Assembly (NCBI GenBank): GCA_020137815.1
Contig: CM035358.1
Location: 2,914,001-2,978,000 of the forward strand
Origin: Hormiphora californensis
Lineage: Eukaryota; Animalia; Ctenophora
DNA length: 64,000 bases
Direction: 5' to 3'
Position numbers and translations under genes: made by a program. The notes below the pieces were generated by a model. That model had not been told where the DNA came from. It worked only from the letters and a program-made list of their open reading frames with translations, and did not search any database. This document shows, piece after piece, positions 55,401 to 64,000 of this stretch (position 1 is the first letter of the stretch; each line of letters opens with the position of its first letter).

Positions 55401-58400
55401 CAGTAGTACTTGTAGCAGTGTTGTTACTAGTTAGATATGTGCCTGCTTTACATCGTTCCTTGAACAGCCGTAAGGAACTGGCAACAGGGAACTTGAACCA
55501 GAGATAGTATTCCAAGTTAGCAAACACAACACCATTATTCTCTCCCTGGGTACCTGCACAATTTAGTTTCGTTAATAGAGCCCTGGGGGTCTGCAAATTT
55601 ACTTGAGAGACAGTCATGAAACATTCAGTGTCTGTAAAACGGAAAGGAGCAGACAATTCGTTGAACGACGTGATTTGATTGGACGCGCACATGGAATTTT
55701 GTTGCACTAACTGCTGAAACGTTGCACTTTTCGTAGTTGTCATTGCGCGGCGCGCTACTACATTTTACAGCTACGGTTTTGTGCCAGGTGTGCCAATTTG
55801 TTGTTTTGGCAACCTCGGGTGAAGGGAGATACCTCTCTCGCTCCCTCTCTCTCCCTTTCTCTCTCACACCAGTTAGGCTAGTTATTATGCACTCATTACT
55901 ACACCGTTGAATGTAGGTGTGTGTGTGAAAGTAATAACTCACCCAGTATTTGTAGGGATCCATGGATGCGAGAGTTGGAGGTCTGGCTGAGGAGGTCTTT
56001 AAACTTCAACTGACAGGCTCCAACACATCTAGAAGAAGTTATGAAATGTTATGAAACTGCACCCTGTATCGTGGGAGACTTGTTAATCAAATATTCATGT
56101 GGCATATTATCCTATTTATCATTTCGTTCCAAAACTCACATACAGTTTGAGCAAGTAGCCACTTTTCAGTTGTTCTCACCTAAAATCGGTGCCACTGCAG
56201 GCGTATAGCAGAACACCGGCACTACCATTTTGTAAGCACCGCAGTAGGAAGTCGTCAACGGTAACAACATACTGACTAGTCGTATTGAAATCTGGCTCCA
56301 AACCTTGCACAACTAGTACGGAAGAAGTAGATAGAGTTAAAACTCCTATATATCACCAATAATTCATTTTTACAGGATCCATGTCCCATGATAAACGAAC
56401 ATAGTTGAAACAATATCTACCTTTGCTGATGGCAGGTTCAAAGTGATGGAAGTTTAGAACCAGGAACAGTTTATCTCCACTGGATATAAGTGGAGTATCG
56501 GTGGTGTACATTTTACCAAGGTGTACCTCCAGAATATTCTGTAGAGGAGACCTCGTTAGAATTTACCCACCGCGAACAAAACCCTGCCACAAATTACACC
56601 TGGCATTTTATACAGTATGCACCCTCTCAAAAGACCCTCCCAATCCCAATGTTGCTCTCTATGTAAAAGGGTTAAAGCATAACAAACCCAATGTGCAGTT
56701 ATAACTGTACCTGTCCACGCTCCAAACTGATTGCATAATCAGCGGGGTTGTCAGTTCCAGAGGGAGGATCCACGTTCACCTGCCTTGTACCATACGCTAT
56801 ATCCCTCAACTGGAGCTCCAACCTATTGACTGTGTGGTTCCGAACGTCTAACAACTTGGCGGACTCTTCCTCTCGTCTCAGGAATTCTCGCCGGGCCCGC
56901 TCATACTTTGATGTCACTGATGCTACCTGGGGGAAGGGAATTTTAGTTATGCTCTAATCCTCCTTTAGAGAGAGGTGTGATAGGAAATAAGCAGCTGGTA
57001 GATGATCTACAAGCGAGATGTTTCGTTTAACTCACCTCGTCCTGATATTCCTGTTTCAGTTTATATTGTATCTCCAGTAGAGAGTTCACCTTCTCCAGCT
57101 CTAACACCAGCGCTGCGTGTTCAATCTGCAGATCTCTCAGCTCTCTCTCCGCCTCTGATGCGGACATGATATCCATTACCCCTGACATCACATTATCAAC
57201 CATAACAGGAGAGGTGTTGTGATCCACTTCAACTTTGTCCTCACTTTCAGCCCTCTCCAAGGATCTAGATCTCTCAGCGACTCGTCTCCGTTCCTCGGCT
57301 TCCAATTGCTCCTGAGCCCTTTCCAGCGCTATAGTTAGTTCCTTGTTTAGAAGGTCTAGTTTAGCGACACTGTGCTGCAGATCCGTGGCTCTATCACGTT
57401 CTGATATGAACTTATCGAATAGTTCGTCTCTGTCTCCTGTGTCGTCCTGGTGGTGAGAGGTTATTGTTGTTAGAGCGGGAGAATGGCTTGTTTAGGGCCA
57501 AAATGTCGAACTTGTTGCTATGGCAACACCAGGACGGACCATTTGACATTTAGAGAAGATCGGGAGCTATGCAATTCTAGTCTAGGTAAGCCGTATTTGC
57601 CCCCGATATTACAGAAGAGGAGGAGAAAGCACTTACCGTGGATCCCCGTGATGCTTTACTCCTCTCCAGTCGGTGTTCTAGTTGTTTCACCCGGTCCCTC
57701 AGGGCCCTCTCATTCTCCTTGTACTTTCTCTCCTTCTCAGCGCTGAACACGTCCTCGATCAACCTACTGTTCTCCTAAAAACAGGGACGTTACTGATTAT
57801 TATTAGTCGTGGGTGCACTGATTTAGGTGTGGAAGAAAATTCAAAATAAAAGAATAACACCGATTATCGTCACTATAATTGTGAGTTGTGACTCGGATTT
57901 ACTGAATGCATTAATAGCGCGGGTGTACCTGTTTCAAGATCTCCCTCTCCCGTTCCACTTCATCCAGTGCAATGCTCAGTTCGTGTGCTTGCTGTCCCTC
58001 TAACAGAGAGTCATCAGCCTTAGCACGGGCCCTCCTTAGCTCCGATTCGAGCCGTTCAAGCTGTTAACCAGTAGATAATTAGAATTAGTTTAGTTAGATG
58101 TAACATGGCCTGGCCGTGGCCCGTGATTGACTGATTGAGGACTTTTGCTTTTTGGCGGATATTATATACCTGATTTCGAAGTTGAGTTACTTCTGAGAGG
58201 GCGTTGTCTTTCTCTCGTTGCAACGCCGCCAGCTCTGAACGGGATCTCATGGCAGTGTTGTCACCCGCTCCCAGACGATCTTCGTATTCCTTAATTTTCC
58301 TGTGGGGTCACAAGGAATTTGTAAACTTAAAAACGTGCACCACCAGTCACCACAGTCCACAATGAAACACTTCTCAGACTAAGTTCCTATTTGTTATTTC

Positions 58401-60107
58401 AATCACGAGCAAAAATTATTGTACACACTACCAATGACACATTCCAGAATCCATACCTTTGAAGTTTGATAATATCAATGTCCTCAGATATCCCTACTCT
58501 CTGCTGCTCAACCAGCTGCTCCCTTAGCTCAAGTAACTTGTTCTCATAGGTCAGCTCCATCTCTTGGTGCCTCGCCAGAACGTCCTCCTTCTCACCTTCC
58601 TTTACCTGGAATAAGCAGTCACTTGTAAGGCATAAGTAGGCAGATAGGGGTTACAAGTAGCGGGAGGGAGGTTGTTTATTTGTTTGCGGATACTATAACT
58701 TACCAAAGATTTGCATTGTGGAACCTGAGGTCACTTATTCTCCGCCAGCCCAATACCAAATAACTTCAACTTACCTGTATTTCAAGCCTCAGTTGATCGA
58801 CTATCTCATCCAGCTGTTCGATCTCCTGCCGGGCATTGTGTAACATGGTTTGTTGAGCGAAACCACCACCCCCTCCTCCAGGACTCCCCCCTGTTCCAGG
58901 GAACTGCCTCTGACGGGGTTTCTTCCTACCAGGAGTTGCTATACCACCTGGGGACAGAGATTTCTGTAGAAATGTGACAGTTCTGTAGATATATGTGACT
59001 CGACAGAGAGCTATAATATTAGAGCTTTTAGATAATTGCAGTATTTTATCCTGCATTCTGAATATTTAGAAAGCTTTTAACTCGACATCTTTCGGTTCTT
59101 TCCCATCTACAAGTGCACTCAGAATCTACCTATCACTGATCAAATAAGGTCAAATTACCAGGTTTGTACGGCATTCCAGTATCCACCCTCGGCTCCACAA
59201 ACCCATATCCAGGCCCCTTTATCGGGCTGGGTCTGGGTTGCGCTGGAGAGGGAGGTAGATTTCTAGCCAGGAGGAGTTTCTGTCGGAGAGTTGACAGTTC
59301 CTGTTCCTGCTTTGCGATATGCATCTTCAACTCTTCTATGGCATCGCTGTCATGCGTGTACTTGGTCGGTTTACCAGCTACAGAGTGGAGTTTTGAATTT
59401 AATAACTAACTGGAAATCATCATGCTAGGTATAAGGGAAAATGACTGATAATTGTATCGGGCACACAGCTCTGATCCTCACCGGTTCATTTGTGAGACAA
59501 ACAAATATACCTAGGACAACCGGCTGTCTATAATATGTAGATACTTTTACCCGAACCCTCACAGAGCGTGGGGTGTGATCGCTACACACATACCCTGTAT
59601 CTTTTTCATATCTGATTTTAATCTCAATATCTTTGTTGCCAGTCTCTTCATCTTCTCAGTCCTGAGCAGCCCGCTGCTTCTTCAGCTCAGTGTTCTCAGT
59701 CATAAACAGGTGGACCTAAAGGAAATTATGAAAATGGGATGGCAAGAACCGACCGACACAAGTAAACAACCAATCAGAACTCGTTATTTAGGTTACGTGA
59801 CTGGTTATCAGCCAATCAGGGACCAGTATTTCCTGATTCAGGTCGGTTCCTGTCGGATGGCAAGATAGAACTGCTTGTACCATTATTTTCATTTTGAGGA
59901 AGAGAGAGACACTTAAACTATCAAGCGAAAGGCCTCTAATACCGAGTCTGCTACCATATTTGTCTTGGTTTATTAGACACTACCTAGCTATACAATCAAT
60001 TTCAAGTCTTTCCCGCACTCACCCTATCCTCCATATCCTGTCGGTTTAGTCTCGTTATGTCCATATTTGGTATTGTGTCACAACTACCAGGGGACTTCCC
60101 CGATCAT
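51108..60107 (-). CDS. RPGRIP1L: RPGRIP1-like ciliary transition-zone protein (fantom/MKS5/NPHP8): coiled coils plus three C2 domains
   Basis: LNRQDMEDR..EKMKRLATKILRL; RLELQLRDIAYGTRQ..ISLERGQNILEVHL; PDFNTTSQYVVTVDDFLL; NELKVTVLNC..QPSPYLVYKFFNFED..SNSPQFND; EYLGAADVPLIQLA; FVEYSLL..ETETP..FNFRKAF; IVFTVISDP. The start codon is uncertain (60107 or 60064), with 1-nt indels in the 5' exons. Confidence 0.9.
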
Positions 60108-60559
60108 ACACAGCTCAGCTAAATTAATGAGGAGTTAGTTAACCACTAGAATTTTAAACAGATTACCAAGGATTGACAGGGGTCCAGGAAACTAATAATT
60201 AAATGTAAAATATATAACAATCAACAGCACTAAACAAAATTCATAAACAAAATAAAGATAGATCTGTCAAACTGTAAAACACTGTCTATCATGCAAGATC
60301 TACTTCTCTACGCTCTGTCAGGAATGCATTCACAAGCATGCAGCAGCACAGAGAGAGCTCAGTTTCGTTCAGAGGGCTCACTCTGAGTTCAACAAAATAC
60401 ACAACTTGAGGAGCCTTGGGGCGACCAGCCAACATATTGTTCAGTAGTACTATAACTTCCTAATACTTTCTCAATTGCCCTTCACAGCCTCCTTGGCCTG
60501 TATTATACTTGTATTGGTACCAAATAAACATGTAATTGTACAATTATTGGATAACCCCC

Positions 60560-62364
60560 TCAAATGTGCCATAGACACCCACAGCACTGAACAACTGGCC
60601 AGAAGACACCCTGCCTTGTGGTGTTATTGTAGAGGGAGTCCTTTCTGTAAAGTGAGTTCCACAACCAGAAGGGGGCCATTACGATATAGAACACGAGACA
60701 GAGCGTACCTGCAGGAGTGTTGTGTGGGTGTGACTGCCTGCTTCAGTGCTTCATCATTAGATTGTTTAGCTAATTAGTTAAATAGTAATTACTGGCAATC
60801 ATTATACTAATTAGTTAATTTTACCTACGACGGCGAGGAAAAAGAAGTAGTACCAGAGTGTTGGGACTGTGGTGTGACAATTACTAAACCTGTCATCTCC
60901 AAAACTCTTGCTCATCAGCACAAACTGGTACAGGGCCGCAACACCTAAACATGGACATTTAAACTTGCATTGAGGTGACTCAAACATGAAAACAAGAAAC
61001 ATTTTCTAACAATTGTTCACTGTTCACAAATCAAACACAACTACCGTGTGCGGCAAAAAAAATGCCCCCCCTAGACCACCATAGTTGCCGATGTGGTGGA
61101 GAGCTGTAACTTGGCAGGGTTGCTCCACTATGTCTATCTTGATCCTGACAGAAAAATCAGAGCTCTAGCTCAAAATTCATTTTTTTGATAGGAATGAACA
61201 TTGTCATTCATTCCAAGAAAAAAATATTTTCGGTCCAGAATTCAAGCAATTATCTTTGGCCATCGATTAGCTTTCCAATGTGACCAAGATCATCTAAATT
61301 GGGCAACCACAAGAGACACAGTGTCATGTTTCTTAAAGTTAGTCAGGTCATGTGATCTTCACCGAATCGTTGAGTGTTCAGTATTACGAATCGGTCTAAG
61401 TGGTAGAGAATCACGTATCACGGCTACTAATGAGGGATGACGATGCTGATTGGTCATGAGATCTGTAGCTCTTTGATAAATGTCCTCTTTCCTCGAATCA
61501 CATTACCCTGTATTGGTACACATACCTCATTAGCGGCCGTGATACGAGATTCCTCTGCCCATTGGCTCGATTAGCAATCCCGGATAATCAACGATTCGGT
61601 GAAGATCACATGACCTGACTAACTTTAAGAAACATGACACTGTGTCTCTTGTGGTTGCCCAATTTAGATGATCTTGGTCACATTGGAAAGCTAATCGATG
61701 GCCAAAGATAATTGCTTGAATTCTGGACCGAAAATATTTTTTTCTTGGAATGAATGACAATGTTCATTCCTATCAAAAAAATGAATTTTGAGCTAGAGCT
61801 CTGATTTTTCTGTCAGGATCAAGATAGACATAGTGGAGCAACCCTGCCAAGTTACAGCTCTCCACCACATCGGCAACTATGGTGGTCTAGGGGGGGCATT
61901 TTTTTGCCGCACACGGTATCATTGTGTTTGAATTGTTCAAACACAGTGTCAGGTGACTCATCATTATGTGGCCTACCTCCAAACGCGTGGAATGTGAATT
62001 TGATAAGAGTAGGAATGGGTTCCATTATGAGGAAGGTTATCGTAAAACATGTCATGGCCACACTCAGGACAATCAGGGCAAACAGCATGTTCAGCAAACC
62101 TTTAGGACACGATCTCTCACTTTTGGGATCTGAAACGTTACACAGTTTTAGAAAATATTATAGGTTCGAAAGCCAGCCCTGTTTGAGTATGACACCCATG
62201 AAAGGGGCTGAATAAACATGGTTTGTACCTGCCAGGATTATAATCTGAGGTAGTATCATTGCCAGGGCCCCAGCGATAAGGAGGTACCTAATTGCACGTC
62301 GGTTGTGAAACGGAAAATACCTGACCAGGACATAGCAGAAGTGGGGGTACATGTATAACCACAT
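60560..62364 (-). CDS. Four-TM membrane protein (~185 aa, 4 exons), TMEM272-like Cys pattern
   Basis: Spliced model MWLYMYPHF..LLIAGALAMILPQIIILA/DPKSERSCPKGLLNMLFALIVLSVAM..HAFG/GVAALYQF..NCHTTVPTLWYYFFFLAVV/GTLCLVFYIVMAPFWLW..QCCGCLWHI*. All introns are GT-AG, phase 1. The family assignment is weak. Confidence 0.7.
61044..61916. mobile_element. Palindromic Tc1/mariner-like MITE, ~330-bp TIRs, TA TSD, intronic
   Basis: TA|CCGTGTGCGGCAAAAAAAATGCCCCCC ... GGGGGGCATTTTTTTGCCGCACACGG|TA; mirror-image ORFs 61201..61440 and 61530..61760. Confidence 0.92.
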
Positions 62365-62631
62365 TCTTCCTAGTATATCCGGGGAGATGAGGGGTTAGTG
62401 GGGGTTGTTAGTGGGGGAACATGTTCACACATTGTTCCTATAGGGAGAGGGAAAGAGGTTTTTCAGCAGGTATCGTTGAAAGAGAGAAGGAAGGAAAGGT
62501 AAGGGAAAAGAAAACCGATTGGTAAGTTGTATAAATGATCTTTAGCATGCAGTATATAAATCTTGATGTCATTACAAAATGCTCTCTACAAAATCAGTGT
62601 ATAAAAGTTTCCTGAAAATAAAGAATGTCCA

Positions 62632-63555
62632 TTACCCTGCCGTCTCGTCTAGAGGTAGCTCTGACAGCGCCTGACTAGTTGTACAGCTGTCTAAACCCGC
62701 TGTGTTCGTTACAGCGCTCACAGTATTGTCTTCTACTGCCATTTTAACTTCGTGAAGCTGACATATAGCATGCTCCAATAATTCCATGACCTTCTTAGTT
62801 TCTGGAGTTTCGGCTGTTTTAGGACGGTCGCCACTTGGTAGTGGGGTTGAGCCAGAGTTTCTCAGGGAAGTGGCAGCAGTTGGTTTCTTTCTCTTCTTCT
62901 TTCCTTGTTGTCCCAATAAACTATAGCCCTCAGGAAGAGAGACTGAACTATCGAGGTGCTTTGGGCGGTAGCAACACTTGGGGCTATTTTCTCGTCGCTC
63001 CTTTTCAATACACGATTCACACAAATCTACCGAAGAATCCTCTGCAGCTAAAACTTGATCGACCCACTGAGGAGTTTTCGCAGGATTGCAGTGACACTCA
63101 TTTCCCTCACTCTGTTGAAACTGTTCGGTTATGTTGGGATGTGAATCATACGAAGCACAGTCGAACAATGTTTCCCCAGTTTGTGGATCAGCCATCAACA
63201 ACTTGATTGTATCATTACTCCCCTCTGAGTCTGAGTTTCGAGGTTTGTCGACGTTTGGAAAGCGTCGCATTATCTTTTCATCGATCTCGTTCAGCCATCG
63301 TTGAACTGACGTCTCGCTGTGATCCTCGGGGACAGATGTGCGGCTTTTGCGGGGCGGAGGCGTACGAAACTTTACTGGGGTTAAATTGGGTGGCATTGTT
63401 AGCACATCATGTAACCAGGTCTTCGGATACGGTGAACGGAAAAGATGGTCATAGCTGTTCGTTCGGCACGGTGATGAATATGGCGAATTTTCAAGAGTCC
63501 TCTTAACTCGATGCTCTAAGATGTAAGCGTTCAGTTTTGCTGTAGGACTTTCCAT
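62632..63555 (-). CDS. Single-exon ~307-aa uncharacterised, largely disordered protein
   Basis: Longest uninterrupted ORF in the window, non-repetitive; first ATG at 63555 (MESPTAK); many SP/TP motifs; NLS-like KKKRKKP. Confidence 0.7.
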   Translation of the reverse strand: MESPTAKLNAYILEHRVKRTLENSPYSSPCRTNSYDHLFRSPYPKTWLHDVLTMPPNLTPVKFRTPPPRKSRTSVPEDHSETSVQRWLNEIDEKIMRRFPNVDKPRNSDSEGSNDTIKLLMADPQTGETLFDCASYDSHPNITEQFQQSEGNECHCNPAKTPQWVDQVLAAEDSSVDLCESCIEKERRENSPKCCYRPKHLDSSVSLPEGYSLLGQQGKKKRKKPTAATSLRNSGSTPLPSGDRPKTAETPETKKVMELLEHAICQLHEVKMAVEDNTVSAVTNTAGLDSCTTSQALSELPLDETAG

Positions 63556-64000
63556 GCCTGAGAAGAGTTTCAATGTAGATTAAGGCTAAAGCAGGACAAA
63601 ATCATTAATCAGAGGAAATCAAAAAATTTAAAAAGTCAAAAAGAAAATTTGCAAAACTTCTTTTTCAGTTCAAAAACTTGCTCATAATTTTGTTTAAGCC
63701 GCGCATAAATGCATCGTTTTCTTATAATTTTTCGCGCGTGCGTGCTTGGTGTAGCGGACGCGCGCGCGTTATTTATCAAATTCTTATATTCTCATTTTTT
63801 TCTTATCTTAAAAATTGTTTTTTTAAAATTGAAATCGTGGTTCGTGACAAAAAAACACAAATCTGAGGTTCATCTGTGGTGCACAGACCACAGCTGACAG
63901 CTCTACTATCAAGGCATCTATTTTTTTAGTTGATGCACAAAAATACAGAACCAGTTTTTTGTCAAATACACTCCTGTCGTTTTCCAGTTTCCTGGCTGAA

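Noticed and set aside
61044-61916. MITE apparently disrupting the coding sequence of ORF 61852..62097
   Set aside because: A donor at ~61975 and an acceptor at ~60944 place the element inside an intron; the ORF simply runs on into the intron.

Overview
This is eukaryotic, intron-rich animal genomic DNA. Long (GA)n tracts, compact GT-AG introns, many palindromic MITEs and genes nested in introns suggest a ctenophore such as Pleurobrachia or Hormiphora; that is an inference, not established from the sequence. Most ORFs in the supplied track are microsatellite or repeat artefacts, so I assembled the real genes by hand from exons. They are: a secreted two-domain C-type lectin (-, 1976-6648); a ~560-aa secreted orphan protein (+, 9846-18017); MELK kinase (-, 19237-50455, ~31 kb); RPGRIP1L (-, 51108-~60107); a 4-TM protein (-, 60560-62364); and an intronless disordered protein rich in CDK sites (-, 62632-63555). 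MELK introns host three nested genes: a DUF4062-NACHT-WD40 STAND protein (+), a multi-pass membrane protein that may be horizontally acquired (-), and a small secreted Cys-rich protein (+). Introns also carry Mutator-like (9-bp TSD), Tc1/mariner/pogo-like (TA TSD) and Harbinger-like MITEs, plus Helentron/Helitron-like elements. Two observations stand out. First, an ORF1-only non-LTR element and a CR1-like ORF2 fragment share a 3' tail and both sit at the same register in (TC)n microsatellites. Second, tandem repeats repeatedly copy exactly the splice donors, acceptors or branch points of the host genes. Several segments (about 7.5-8.3 kb, 36.4-37.0 kb and 43.2-44.2 kb) look like unpolished sequence, so frameshifts in this window should not be over-interpreted.
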